This document shows positions 13,963-28,162 of a DNA stretch of 64,000 bases, piece after piece (the stretch's first letter is position 1; every line of letters starts with the position of its first letter). Where the stretch lies: NCBI GenBank assembly GCA_964016885.1, contig OZ024743.1:334738001-334802000 (forward strand), given 5' to 3'. This DNA comes from Eledone cirrhosa. Its lineage: Eukaryota. The notes under the pieces were generated by a model that was not told where the DNA came from, ran no database searches, and saw only the letters and a list, made by a program, of their open reading frames with translations. Both the position numbers and the translations under genes were made by a program.

Positions 13963-14195
13963 TAAATATATGTTTGTGTGTGTTTGTGTGCGTGTGTGTG
14001 TGTGGTATCCCGAGTTCAATTGGGGGTAACCACAGCAAGTAAGGTACTCAATACATAGTAGAGTATCTAATATTTAATATAGAAATGGCTTCTACAGGAC
14101 TAGAACTGTTTTATTCGAAAAAAAATCATCGGAGCTTTCCTTGTGATTTCCTTCTAATGAAACTGTTTTAGTCCTGTAGAAGACATTTTTATATT

Positions 14196-14280
<85 letters not shown>

Positions 14281-14283
<3 letters not shown>

Positions 14284-14492
14284 CGAAGGAAATGTGGTAA
14301 GGAACCAGGTGGACCGTAACGCACCAAAGTACTCAATACTTAGTGTAGTAGAGTGGGTAATAGGAACAAGTAAGACCCCGACGGCTGAGCTCAAGCCGTT
14401 TCGACGGCTAATTCTGTACTACTGCGAGGCAGTAGTACAGAATTAGCCGTCGAAACGGCTTGAGATCAGCCGTCGGGGTCTTACTTGTTCCT
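14281..14492. repeat. Inverted pair of HHR 3'-half/tail fragments (10317 family)
   Basis: Near-perfect palindrome centred on ctgtactactgc-gag-gcagtagtacag, with (TA)n on both sides. Confidence 0.85.
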
Positions 14493-14598
14493 ATATATAT
14501 ATATATATATATACACATATATATGAATGTGTGTATAGCAATATCTATAGTTGTGAAAAGGAAAGAAGAAAGCAGTGCTCAATCGAGAAGAGAGCAGC

Positions 14599-14787
14599 TG
14601 GATTGGAAGTATCAGTAGAAGGTCGGACGCCATGCTTTGACACATAGAGTTACGGCCCTTGCCATTCTGAGTTCAAATCCCGCCGAGATTAACTTTGCCT
14701 TTCATCCTTACGGGGTCGATAAAATAAAAAGTACCAGTAATGCACTGAGTAATTGCTGGCCTTGTGCCAAAAAGTAGAAACAATTAT
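14599..14787 (+). mobile_element. tRNA-derived SINE (major family)
   Basis: Matches the SINE copies at 5218 and 5399. Confidence 0.85.
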
Positions 14788-14815
14788 GTATTTATGTTCA
14801 TACACGGAACAAAAG

Positions 14816-14897
14816 CGCTGCCCAAGGTTTCAAGGCCCAATATTGACCACATCTCCAGAATACAAGAGCCAACAGAATTGTTACCTATCTTCAGGCG
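14816..14897 (-). ncRNA. Degenerate hammerhead ribozyme, long stem II
   Basis: cgc-CTGAAGA-t-agg...cct-t-GAAA-ccttggg-CA-gcg. Cleavage-site U is replaced by C. Confidence 0.45.
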
Positions 14898-16315
14898 TTT
14901 ACACGAGTTTATAAGATACTGTTAAAAGTAGTGCGTGCTAAAAACGATAGTTTGCGAAAAACGTAGCATAACAAAGGGGAATAACTCCAAGATGTAAATT
15001 TGAAATAGCAGAAGTATAGTATTATGTGGTGAGATGTCGACTTCCAACATTAGCCGGATCTGTTCGGACGGTGCTGATCTGGGGCGACAAAACAGCAACT
15101 ATAACAATATGAATTTTATAAACAACAACTACAAGAATATTCTCACGCAAGCACAAACATTCAGACAAAGGTAATTTCCTGTAAACTTATATAAATCCAA
15201 TAGATTCTTCGCATTTTGACACTTATATATATGTAATACACACATCTCTCTCTCTGAAGTTGTTTAGCTAGATAATATATATATATACATATGATTATGT
15301 AAATAGATATGTATGTGACGTTACAATCCGTAGATATGATTGTATATACGTCATCCAAGAGCATATCGTTGTGCGTGTAACTTTGCATAAATAACACTTG
15401 TATGTATCCTAATTATATATATAGAACACACTATTGTAGATATATGGAGTATAGTATTGTTAAAAATATTGCCTGCGCAATTAATGTCTTTAAATGCATT
15501 AAACAGAATTGAAATCATTCTTAGCGAAAGCGGAAATTCGTCATTGAAGATTAACGTCTTCTTTAAGCAATGGCGCCTATAATAAATGTGTTTTGTTCGT
15601 TTCGTTATTCTATTGTTATGTTTTAATAATTCTCTCAACACTAAAAGCTGAATTAAACAACTGATATGGTGAATCAAAAACGAAGAAAGGGGTAAAAAGG
15701 AATAAAAATATTATATGAGAATAATATGAATAATAATGACAATGATAACCGGATCAATAGCAATGAAAATATTAAGAACATTACTAAAATCCAACAGACA
15801 ACAAAATATTTTCACTACGATTAAATTCAATTGTTTTTTAAAATCTTTATTAGATCTATTGCTGAATATCCGCCTTTCAATCCTGATATATAATAATTAG
15901 TTGAAATATCACTGTTGCTGAAATCACAAGGTATTTCTATGTGGCATTATTTGGTTGTTCTGGAGCAAATCTACAGTTTGCATTTCAATTTGAATGGATA
16001 AAATGTTAAGTAGAAAACTGGAGACGTTTCACTCGGAACAAATATGCTAATCACAATATTCTAATTTGCGGGTTTCTCTCTTCATAACAAGATTGTGTGA
16101 AATGAAATACAGATATGCGCAAACCTCTGTACAATCAAGTGTTCATATACTAACAAAGGGACATGAATGTACGCACACACACACATACACACACATACAC
16201 ACAAACACACAAATATATCAAACATTTGCATAAGCAACACACCAGTGTGTATATATATATATGATACATATAGGTAATATTTACGTATATATTTAACAAA
16301 CGCACACACACACAC

Positions 16316-16382
<67 letters not shown>

Positions 16383-17830
16383 TATATATATATTTATCAC
16401 GTGCTGCTGATAATCGAGGTTACTACTACACTAGCCGATGTCGATTGGAGTGGTGTAATGGATAGCTAATCCGAACTATCCATTCTAGTGTTTAATCCCC
16501 GCTGAGGATGCGACCCTAGCCACTCACGTAATGTTTACTTACGTTACCTAATTTCTGCGCATGGTAATTCCATTCTGATTACCGCTAACAAATGCATTGG
16601 TTCGTGGCAAGAAAGTAAAAATTCCTACTCACACGTAGTCGTTTTTCTCACTAATTAATGTATAATTTTCTAGGGTGAGTGTTTTAATGATACTGACTTA
16701 ATTAAATTATTGAGCGAGTGAGAAAATGACCTGAGCTGTTTCGGTCCTATTCGATAGCTTCAATTAATTGTACACACACACTTAAACACACACTTAAACA
16801 CACAATCATACACACCCTTCTGTCAGCAAAAGCAAGAGGAAATAACCGATATCATTGTTTCTCGTTTTTTGGTGGTTGTCAAGGATACGTATGAACGTCG
16901 CTTCTGCAGAGATTAAAGTAAGTTAAAATCATTCTTATGTATATGAGCTACTGAAGCGCTTTTGCATACGGAGCGGTATCCGGCGCGGATTATATTAAAA
17001 AAAAATAGTATTCTTGCTCCAACATAGCGTTATACACATATATGTACGTGTGGTGTATCGAATAATATAAGAGATGTTTATGAAAAACATTTTAAAGCTT
17101 ATCGCTATGAATTTTTAAAGTTGTGACAAACGTCACACATCCTTATCTCAGCAAAATCAATGGGAAGTAACTGACAACGTTGTTTCTCGCGTTTTGGCGG
17201 TTGTCATGATTACATATCCAACTCGCTTGTGCTGATATTAAAATAAGCTAAAATCATGCAGATTTTTCGCTTATGAAAGGCTTGAGCATTTTTCATAATG
17301 TGTTATGCGGGCAACTTTAGCAGAGACCTTTTGTTTAATAGTTTCTAAAGTTGTATCGATGTCAAGTATGGATCTTCTATTATATTATTTCTCTAATGTT
17401 CCTGTTTTATAATGGTTTGGCATTCCTTTTAAAAGTCTATTTTTAATTCTATGTCAGATGTAAGTTAGTTTATTGAGGAATTCATTCTTATCACGAAGGG
17501 GTTTTGTGGAAATGATTTCGTTTTGTAACCTTTTAACCACATAGGTTCGTTGAAATCTTAGCAGATGCACAATAAAAGTTGGTTGAGGTCTCTAATATCA
17601 ACATCAATAGCTGTAATTATATATTTAAGGGCAATGCGTGTCTCACCAATTATTTTCTGATTTTGCTTAGAATTGCAAATCCTTGGAAGTGTCAGGTTAA
17701 TCTATTACTGGTTTCTTTAACGTTCAGCCATTTAATCATGGTTTCATTCTTCAGTTAGATCAGCTAGGTCAATCTCTATTTGATTTTCTACATCTATTTC
17801 AATTTCACCTTCTTCGATATTTATGGCTCT

Positions 17831-18287
17831 ACTCCAGGTAAGGCAGTTAATTCTCCGAATTGAGAGATCACAGCTCGGAAACTATGGGCATGTAGTTAGA
17901 ATGCTTAAGGAAAGATTCGCTGGACAGATTTTACGGGCAAAATCAACCGACAGGAAGACCTGGGGTAGACCCCGAGCAAGAAGGTTGGATAACATCAATG
18001 AGCTTGGCTGGTCTCGTTTAGGGATCCAGTTGGATCCGTTGGAGACAGTTGCTTCTGGCAGGAATGTTTGAGGAATTTGTCCCTACGACCCTCCCAGGAG
18101 TAAGTGGGCGACGAAGAAGATAATAAAGTTGAGACGGTGGCTTCTTACAGGATCCGATATTAGGAGTGTTTGAAGACTCTGCACCTACGACCCTCTCAAG
18201 AAGAAGAAGAAGAAGAAGAAGAAGAAGAAGAAGAAGAAGAAGAAGAAGAAGAAGAAGAAGAAGAAGAAGAAGAAGAAGAAGAAGAAG
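17831..18287 (+). mobile_element. RTE-clade LINE 3' ends (two, tandem) with a (GAA)n tail
   Basis: LRIERSQLGNYGHVVRM...WGRPRARRLDNI...LGI matches the RTE C-terminus. The end ctacgaccctc...gaagaag occurs twice. (GAA)n at 18198-18287. Confidence 0.8.
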
Positions 18288-18492
18288 CTACTTTGATTCT
18301 TTCTACCATTGTTGACTTTTCATCACAAATTGCGGGATCTGTAAATATTTCATTAGTATTTTAATTAGTTTCATTTTCGTTCCCTTTATTCTTGACTGAT
18401 TGCCGAATCTGACCTATTTTTAAATCAGTCAGTAATTTGTTTTTAATTATGTTAGCAAGTTTATTATTATCTACATAGGGCCATAATGCAAG

Positions 18493-18574
<82 letters not shown>

Positions 18575-18582
18575 TCTCTAAT

Positions 18583-18890
18583 TTAGGTACGTTTGTTCGG
18601 TATTCGATTTATAGAAGGTCTTAAGACCCTCTTTCTTATCTTCCCTGGATATTCATTTTCTTTTAATTCGTTGATGATGAACGTGGAGTTCCACTTGTTG
18701 GAATATTCTGCTGGTGGGGTAACTCTGATTTTCGAGAAGGTTTCAAACAGAAGCTGATTTTTCAACTCCAGTCTGGTTCCTCACTAATGTTTCGAACGTA
18801 CTAAAGATAGTATTTTTCACCTCAGTGAGTTAAGCTATTAACGCACCGTGGGGAAATGCACTCTCTTTAATGCGTTCGAAACATTAGTGA
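18583..18890 (-). mobile_element. Possible PLE remnant with a degenerate HHR
   Basis: Peptide INELKENEYPGKIRKRVL resembles the PLE post-RT 'L..NGYP' motif. ctca-CTGAGGT...GAAAcattagtgag at 18829-18780, with a short inverted repeat to 18890. Confidence 0.4.
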
Positions 18891-19029
18891 TCCACAGAAG
18901 ACAGCCGTATTTGTGTTTTCTCTCACGTTTTTCTAAATAATATTTATTGTTAACCACACAGCCCCGTTCTGAGTTGTTTAATTCATATATATATATTTAA
19001 TTATATAATAAACAACATAAGACAATTAT

Positions 19030-19114
19030 TCCATTTGCCAAAGGTTTCACGAAGACAGACGAGCTCAACGGAAACGTCTGCAATCGCTCATCAGAATCAT
19101 TCTGATGAGCGATT
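19030..19114 (-). ncRNA. Degenerate long-stem-II HHR ending in a palindrome
   Basis: att-CTGATGA-gcga..cagacg...cgtctg..tcgt-GAAA-cctttgg-CA-aat. Palindrome aatcgctcatcagaat-c-attctgatgagcgatt. Confidence 0.55.
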
Positions 19115-19194
19115 TGTTTATTACATAATTAAATAGCTCTGTAGCATACATAGAGCACTCTCCTTTCCTTTACCCTTCTTACGGAAATACCTCG

Positions 19195-19235
<41 letters not shown>

Positions 19236-19628
19236 TTATTAAAAATATATATATATATATATACACGTGGGAAAGTAAGAAATCGGAGAATAGACCGTTA
19301 AAACATGTTTATTTAAAATATATATATATATACTACCACTCATATATTCTATTTGGGTATGGTCGCTCATGGCTGTATAGTGTTGAATTCAGTCTTATCT
19401 CAGTAGTTTGCACACCTGTTATTATTGAGCAACTTCTGTGTACAGAGAGATAGAGATACAATTATTTAATTGTGCATACACACACACACATGCATGCACA
19501 CACACATACATACATACACGCATACACACACACATACCGACACACTCATGCACACAGAGTTAATTGTTATTTAAGGAGATTATGCGTTGATTGCGGGATA
19601 ATTTCTTATAGGAGGGAGCCGAATGAGT

Positions 19629-19810
19629 ATAATTGTTTCTACTTTTGGCACAAGGCCAGCAATTACCTCAGTGTATTCTTGGTACTTTATTTTATTGACC
19701 CCGTAAGGATGACAGGCAAAGTTAATCTCAGTGGGATTTGAACTCAGTCCGTAAACTCTATGCTGCAAAGCATGTTGTCCGACGCCCTACCGATACTGCC
19801 AATTCGCTGC
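19629..19810 (-). mobile_element. tRNA-derived SINE (major family)
   Basis: Reverse complement of the SINE copies at 5218 and 5399. Confidence 0.85.
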
Positions 19811-20820
19811 TGAATGAGTATAATGTAGTTTAATGTCAGTTTTGTTTTGCGTCGGTGATATATGAAGAGTTTGTTATTGTAGGGGTTGGTTTCAGTATGT
19901 ATTTGGTGTACTATTAATTACGTAAACATGTTGCGGTCACTGCAGTTATACAAAAACAAAATAAAAGAGCAACTCTAACGAGGTGACGTTTGTTGTCTCC
20001 GCAACGGAATTCGAACAGATTCTGTTATTATTTGACTTGGGAATGTGTTTTTAGTTTTTGGAGTATATATTTTATTTGGTATATATCTAATAGATTACGG
20101 GAGGATTAAGTGATATGCTGATATACATACATTTAAATTGTAGCAATGCAGCATATATTTGTGTGCACATCTCTGAATATATGAGTGTTTTTGTGTATTT
20201 GTTTGTATATTTAGACAATTTCATATGCATAAGTTTATACAAATAACACATGTCATCAAATCATTTGCTACATTTATAAATAACTTAACCGTAACGTTAT
20301 CATACATCTTGAGACTGTCATGCTATCGTTAGTTCTCATATAGATATATCATATTTCTAATCTTATTTCTAGTCAATATAATCGCTGTGCCTGTTTTCTG
20401 GAGATACAATGAATGCTTTGGACGTATAAATGTTGCTTGTCAATGAGACCTCTCATCATATATTCGATCATAATATAATATGTTTCAAGAAAATACGGAT
20501 TTACTTGGCTTATCATCAACTGGAGAATATAATGTGCAATATATATATTCCTAACTGAGGCATAATTTGAAAATTACTAACTCATAAGATTATTTTCTGA
20601 TGATGTATTAGACGTTTCTATGTTCTATTATTCGTACTGCGCTGTAACACTATACACTAAAGTTTATTGTTACTTGTACATATTACACAGTTTCTGAGTA
20701 AATACCATGGGATTCATACTGCTGACTGGTCTTTGTCAGACCAATGAATAACCAAGAAATGCTTTATTTAATCAAACTTCGTGTGCGAAGTTCAAAGTTT
20801 CGAACTTACTAAGTAAAAAG

Positions 20821-21270
20821 ATGTAGGAAGCCCAGACACAAAAAATAACTGCAATTACAGTCAGTTGCTATAAAATAGCTTATGAAAATCAAGCAAAGAC
20901 CTCTCAGCTAAAAGCAACATTTTTCCATCTCTGGGGGTATTTACCCGAGTTTTAAAAGCTATTTTATAGCAACTGACTGTAATTGCAATTATTTTGTGTC
21001 TGAGCTTGTTACAACCTTTTATAATTCTATGTATTTTCTATTAGTCACAGGGTATAGATCGCTGATATAGATCACAGAGTAATACTTATATAACAATTTA
21101 TGTTTTGAATATAATACATTTTATCTGTAGTGAAAGGACAAGATATATAAAAATAAATTCATAAGAAGATGTAGGAAACTCAGACGCAGAACATGGCTGC
21201 AATTACAGTTGGTATAAAGTAGCTTATAAAAATTGGGTAATCATACCTAGAGACGAAAACATTGTTGTTA
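20821..21270. repeat. Inverted repeat (20821-21013) plus a third direct copy (~21169-21270)
   Basis: tgcaattacagtcagttgctataaaatagctt and its reverse complement, with a diverged direct copy downstream. Confidence 0.75.
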
Positions 21271-21364
21271 GCGGCCTATTTGCATTGCAAAGTCAACGTC
21301 GTATATATAACACTGCAAAATGCATACTCTGACACCGAAGCCTTTCTATTACTCAAAATCAGTG

Positions 21365-21625
21365 AAGCTGTGGGACTTAGTGGTTAGTGTGTTTGTCTTA
21401 CAACCGTAAGGTAATGTGTTCGATCCCAGTTTAATCAACTGTCAAAAAATAGGTTGTAGCTGTAATTCAAAAAGCCAGCCTTGTCACACACTATGCCACG
21501 TTGAATTTCACTGAGCATTACGATAAAGCTACAAGTGCCTGTGCAATGCTCCGTTACTAACATGTTAATTTCATGAACAAGTTGTTCCGTTGTTTGAACA
21601 CTTAGAACATTTTCCATCGGAAGCG
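21365..21625 (+). mobile_element. Second tRNA-derived SINE family (relatives at ~28425-28625, ~36175-36300 minus, ~55860-55965 minus)
   Basis: A-box ttagtggttag, B-box gttcgatccc, body ctgtaattcaaa..ccagccttgtcaca...tgaat..c.ctgag. Confidence 0.65.
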
Positions 21626-22133
21626 GCGCAGGAATAACAACTCAAAACTAGCTCATGGTTCCCGCCACTGTCATAACAAATATTCTCTATCAGATATGAG
21701 CTCTAAGTAAAATCTCTCATCATGGCCGGTGTACAACAATGTATTCTATGTTAGATTAATCATAGAGGCGTCAAGAATCAATAACCATAATACCTAATCG
21801 AACAACGAGAAGTTGAATATTATACATTTGTCGAACGGTAATATGTATCAAACTGAATATCGAATATAGTTTCTTTGTTTCTTAATAGAATCTAAGTATT
21901 TTGCCTGACGCTCCGCTACGTCTACCATGTATTGATTCAGTTGAAAATATAATTGCATATAATTACATATTAATTTTCTTTTCTTCTGAAAGCTTCTTCG
22001 AAATTGTTAAGTGGAATAAAAGTATAGTTTCAATCATGTATGAAAGTACTACGGACTTAATTAAAATCAGTTTTAGATTACATAAAACAACATTACATCA
22101 ATTAAGTTTCATTAATGTCTTTCATTAATGTTT

Positions 22134-22490
22134 GTGGAGGCGCGTCGCTAGTGGTAAGAGTGTTGGACTTACGATCATAATGTGGAAGTGTGTGGCCTAG
22201 TGGTGTCGGACTTACGATCATAAGTGGAGGTGTGTGGCCTAGTGGTAAGGGTGTCGGACTTACAATCATAATGTCGTGATAGGCTTGTGTGTTGTGTCCT
22301 TAAGTAAAACACTTCATTTCACGTTGCTGCAGTATACTCAGTTAAAAAATGAGGACCAGCAATAGCTAGGACTTTAACACTGCGAAGGACTGGCGTCCTG
22401 TCCAGGGGGCAATCATATACTCACAATAGCTTCACGCCACAGAAACCGGAATAAGCACAGGATAAGCCTCCGAGCTCGAGACAGACAGAC
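22134..22490 (+). mobile_element. tRNA-derived SINE with a triplicated 5' head
   Basis: gtgga.g.g.gt.gc(c)tagtggt...ggacttac.atcataa occurs three times, then a CORE-like tgtgtccttaagtaaaacacttca. Confidence 0.7.
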
Positions 22491-23900
22491 GTATTTTTTA
22501 GAATATTTTCAGACTTACTATAAAATATGCGAACTTATTATAGATTGAATAGTTATTCATTAGTTTAGAATAATGTATGTTTCGATTATATACTGCTGTT
22601 ATTAGGTGAAATAGACGTATTATACTCTATAACAATAGGAACTCATTAACCGGTATTTTGTCCCAAAATTATATTTCCCCATCAAATTAATAAAAATTAT
22701 GTCAGTGAGCTTATGACAACATTTCTTATAACAATTAGTATTGTGGCAGATATATTTGAGTAGAAATAGAGTTTCGTATCCTATCGAGTAGGTGGTGAAT
22801 TGGCAGTGTTGTTAGAATATAGCAGAGAATGTTTCGCGCTATTCGTTCCGATTCTCTGCTCTCTGAGTTCAAATCCCGCAGATGTCAACTTTGCTTTTCA
22901 TCAATTCAAGGTCAATAAAAAGTATCAGTGTATTATTGGGATTAATTCTTACTCTATATCATTTATATCTGATTTCAAATCCCATCGAGTTCAACTTTGT
23001 CTTGTACTGGGGTCAATTCTTACTTTATATCCATTTCGCACTTCCTCCTCTTGACTTTCTATCCTTCTCTAGAAAGAAACATCTCCTGTGTTCAGGCTTG
23101 GAAAGGGATGGACTCCACTAGGCTTAAAATGCCCCAGAAATGTCATATGCCACTACGGCGCCTTAACGACTCTCTCATCAGTAACGAGTTTAAAGAGAAA
23201 AACCTATCGAGGAATGATTAGGAGTTGCTCAAAGTAGCAAAAGTAATTGTAACTCATAAGACAAGGAAGAAACTTTGTAAGGTCTCCATAATCCTGTTAT
23301 TACTCTGACCTAGTATATCTTTATTTTTGTAAGTGTATGCCCACAAGACTATTGAGAGAAGAAACTATAAAAAATGACATTTTATACATGCATCGATTCG
23401 AAGGACATAGCTGACCTAGCCAGACTAAAGTATTGATATTTTAGAAATAGTTAATAATTGTGAGGGTTTTATAAGCCGAAACCCATAAGTAGTTGGATAA
23501 AGATTCGATAAACAAACACTAAACATATAATCGTAATTCGAACTGTGGTCATCCCAACGCAGGTAACCATAATCATAGTCAGGAGACTTCTGGTGCCCTT
23601 GGCCTTAGGACCAACTCCTACTCACCACCATTGGCACAGAGTTGGCTATCCACTAGTGTGGGTTTCGCGAGTTGGAATGGCTCTTCCAACGCGTCTCTCT
23701 CATCATCCTCCGGGGAAACACCTCTATTCTGTCTGCTGGGGCTATGGGGCGGCCAGTTCCCCATTTACTTATAATAGTGAGAGATTGGAGGGGGTGTGAA
23801 AGAGATGGAGGCTGTGACTAAACCAGCATTGCTGAAGTATTTTGTGAAGAATAATTATATAAGAAAAAGGTATTATCCATTTATTATACTTTCATTATCA

Positions 23901-23968
<68 letters not shown>

Positions 23969-23971
<3 letters not shown>

Positions 23972-24192
23972 TGGATTGGTCAATTTTGAACCAATCTAAA
24001 GAATATGCAAGAGGAACAAGAAAATACACGCTCTGCATAAATGAAAAATATTGGATTTTGCAAAACCTTAAATCACCAAAGACCTGCCTAAACACAAAGA
24101 CAGCAATTTTCACCAGTTGCCCACACATGAAATCACACTTGCTTTCCAGCTCATATAAACTTAACACACTTTCAGATAGTTATCCTCCATAA
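23969..24192 (+). mobile_element. PLE GIY-YIG C-terminus, 5'-truncated at (TA)n
   Basis: WSILNQSKEY...YTLCINEKYWIL...CLNTKTAIFTSCPH fits the W.I...CxLCxxEK..I...LN......CRH ending. A degenerate HHR follows at ~25504-25590. Confidence 0.7.
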
Positions 24193-25694
24193 GCTCTTAT
24201 TCTTCACTTAAATTATTCTCTTTAAGACTACCTTTTCTGATTTACTTTCATTTTTAACCTTATTATTAATTTTATTTTTATTTTTATTTTTATTTTTATT
24301 TTTATTTTTATTTTTATTTTTATTTTTATTTTTATTTTTATTTTTATTTTTACTTCACATCCACCACTAACAACACCCCCCCCCCTTGATTCTCCGATTC
24401 ACTTACCTAATATCTTCATTTTGCACTTTTTACTTCCCTACTTTCTTCACTACCTGATTATACAGTTACTGCGTTTTCCACTCCAGATATTTTCTGTTAT
24501 TTCGCAGCCAATTTTATATTTTTATATTTGTACTCACTTATTCACAAGGCTGTTTTTTACACCCTGTATCTATGTGTCTGAGCGTCTTTATGTGTGTATA
24601 CTTTTTGTATATGTACACGAACGCCTCCGTATGTGCGCGTGCGTGTATATATATATGTGTATGTATGTGTGTTTTTATATCTGTGTTTTTACATCTATGT
24701 TTTTTTACATTCTTATTTTTATGTGTGTGCATGTAAGCGGGTCAACGTGCGTGAGTGTATGTATGTGTGTGTGTGTGTATGCGTACTGCATGTATGGATG
24801 TGTATGTGTGCGTTATGTATATATATATATATATATTTATGTGTGTGTATAGGTGTGTGTGTATGCAGTCGCGTACGTACGCGTGATTAGATATATATGG
24901 GGCGATGTGTATGTATATATATATATGTGCATCCTGTGTGTGTATGTACGCTTGAATACGCTTTTGTCTGCACGTATTGCGTGTATATATATATTTTTTA
25001 TAGATATATGTTTCTTATAGATATATGTGTATGTACGCGTGTACCTTGTTTGTTTTCTTTTCATTACTTTGCAATTTTTTCTTTCTAAATTATTGTTCCA
25101 TTTTTATAAATATATTGAGAATGACACTTTCGTTTTACTATTACACTCCCTTACCTCTTTTTCTTCCGCATATAAGTGTACGTGCGTGTGTGTGTGTGTT
25201 TATACGCGTGCCTTCATATTCTTATAATGTATCTAATACCCTGTTTTTCTGTATACCTGTCAACCGGACACTCATATTATGTCTGTGTCTGTGGTTACAT
25301 ATACACAGATATACTTGCCCTCATACATATATATACGCACACATTTTCACTATACACACACATTTGTACATACATACATATGTACATCTGTGAGTGTATA
25401 TACATACATATACACACACCTAACTATATTTCTTAAACATGTTTTTAATATATTTTATATGTCTATTGTATTATCTATATATATATAATTTTTTTTGCAT
25501 TTCTTGAGGAGACTTTCCAAATATTTCACTATGTTTTATATTGAAGACGTTTCTTTCGTATTCGTCTTATTCGGGAAACCTCTGGTAATGAGGTAATTAT
25601 ATTGTATTGTTTTTTATACATTAAATTTTGCTCTGGTACTTACATAGAGCACTCTTCACTCCTATGACTTTTCCTATTTTCAACGGAAACTTCA

Positions 25695-25766
<72 letters not shown>

Positions 25767-25880
25767 ATAATAAAGTTAGTCCTTCATCAATGATCTTCCA
25801 ACCATCATTGGTATTTCATCGCTTTATATATACAAATGGGTTTGTAGCTTTAGGTGCTTCTCACATTTAATCTAATTCTC

Positions 25881-25960
25881 TCACTGATGATGCCCCCGGA
25901 TTATCTGTTACAAACACAATTTTCAGGGCGAAACAGATTAAATCTCTAATCTGTCCGGTA
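25881..25960 (+). ncRNA. Hammerhead ribozyme with full stem III (stem I eroded)
   Basis: CTGATGA-t-gccc...gggc-GAAA-cagatt(aaatctct)aatctg-TC. Confidence 0.7.
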
Positions 25961-26088
25961 GATGTAATAGTTATTGAGACGGTCAGTATATTTTCTGTAT
26001 TTCCGTCTGCTTCAGGTTAAATTTGTCAAACCAACGTGGTATTTCAACCCTCGTCATTTTAGACACACGATCTACTGTGTTTATTACT

Positions 26089-26196
<108 letters not shown>

Positions 26197-27462
26197 GTAT
26201 ATATATGTATATATATATATATATCACACATTCTTTCCTGCTTTTTTAGTTTCCATTTATGTTTGTTTCCCCCAACTGTCACTAAAAATAGTAGGTGTGA
26301 AAATCGGGAAGTACCTCTGGAGAAAGAAAAAAGTATCATCACTGAGGGATCTTGCATCTCTTGGATGCTTGGTGAGGGCATTGACCATGTTGAGCTACTG
26401 ACCACCAGTTCTGCCTTTAAAAAAAATTCTTTAGCTATAAGTGTAAACAAAGCAGCTGACTTAAGAATTTTGGGGAAATTTTGAAATGGTTTCAACTATT
26501 ATTTATAGTGATCGACTATTATTATGGTCATTTGCGTTGAGACGCAAACATTTCAAATTTTCCCAATGTCTCTTAAAATATAATATGAATCAAAATTGAA
26601 TAACAAATATAATGAAATTAATACTTTAGAAAGGTTTAGGTTATGTCTGTTTCAAATAAATCGTTCTAAAGGAAACCCGTGTTTTCCCCTCCATACAAAT
26701 CAAAGACGTTTTTCAAAGAATTGTTGCCTTATGTTAATATAAAAATATTTGACGTATATTTCCTCTTATTTATATTGTTACTACATGAACGTGTATAGAT
26801 TATATTATAGATAGCGATATATACAATACCACAAGTACTTCCCATCACCAGTTAATATACATGGTTTGACATATTCTGAACACATAGTTAACGGAACTTA
26901 TTAAATGTCGATACAAAAGGTTATCCAATCTCATCCTGCAGATGTGATTAATTTTACTTACCTGTTAATGTCAACTACTATGTCAACTACTTTCACTTTT
27001 ACGCAAATATTTTTTCATAGTTCATGTAATTATACCATATTCTTCATAATAGCTTGGTTTTACCTATACAGGTAAAATAATTAATTTTCCCCCATTATTG
27101 TGTACGAATGTTATGATGCCATTTGTTTTATGTTCAATTATAATCGAATCAAGATCAGATCACTGTCGCTTTTATAACGATATCGCCTTTTTTTAAAAAA
27201 AGGGTACATGGAATGTTTCATATAGATCAATAGATTGTAATACATTACATTAATGATATAATTATACTGCACTACATAAAATCATTAACATCTTATAATA
27301 TTGATACTCCTTTTTTTATTTGCTACACTTATATTCAACTAGAAGAAGAACCGATCTTCGGGCAGTTTTCTGCTAGCATATGTAGTGTGATTATTGGTAT
27401 TATACGCAAATATATATATGCATATAGATATGATATGTAAATTGAAATGCAAATTGACAATA

Positions 27463-27912
27463 TCTTCTTCGCCCACTTATTCTGAGAAGGTCGTGGGGGA
27501 AGAGTCCTGCTCAAATATTACTTCCAGCGAGTCTGTCAGAATCAAACATCTCTAAATGATCCAGCTGGATGCCAAAGCGTGACCAGCCAAGCTTATGAAT
27601 ATTATCCAAGTATCTTGCTCCGGGTCTACCTCTGGGTCTCCTGCCGGTTGGTTTTGCCTATAAAATCTATCCAGCGATTCTTTCCTGAGACATTCTAACC
27701 ACATGTCCATAGTATCGGAGCTGTGATCTCTCAATACGGAGAAGTAGCGGCTCTGCCTGGAGTGACTCTATGATCTCCAAGCTATGCACTTTATCAACTA
27801 AAGTTACTCCAAAGACCCTCAGAAGAATCCCATTTTGTCGGCTCCAATTTGCAATCATAATCTTTCGGTCATTCCCCAAGATTCATGATCATAGGTAAGG
27901 GTTGGCAGGAAT
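27463..27912 (-). mobile_element. RTE-clade LINE 3' fragment (same family as 17831)
   Basis: PTLTYDHESWGMTER...GVTLVDKVHSLEIIESLQAEPLLLRIERSQLRYYGHVVRM with frameshifts, ending in gaagaaga. Confidence 0.85.
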
Positions 27913-28162
27913 ACCAGTAGAACTCCATTCAAATGTATATAAATTTGACGGACTTCTATCCACCCATCTGTCAAACAATGTATATGTGTGTTTGTGTGAA
28001 TGTATGTGTGTGTAAAAGGAAGGAAGGGATACACACATATATGTCTCTAACTTAAAAACGGTGACACGCACACACACACATTTACATATGTATGACACAC
28101 ATAGACACACACGTCTTTAATTTAAGAACGCCAACAAACATACACTCACTGTCCTATTACCA

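Noticed and set aside
18170-18364. Poly-Glu ORF
   Set aside because: It is the (GAA)n tail of an RTE LINE.
27339-27376. CTAG plus hairpin as a Helitron end
   Set aside because: No matching TC terminus or second copy was identified.
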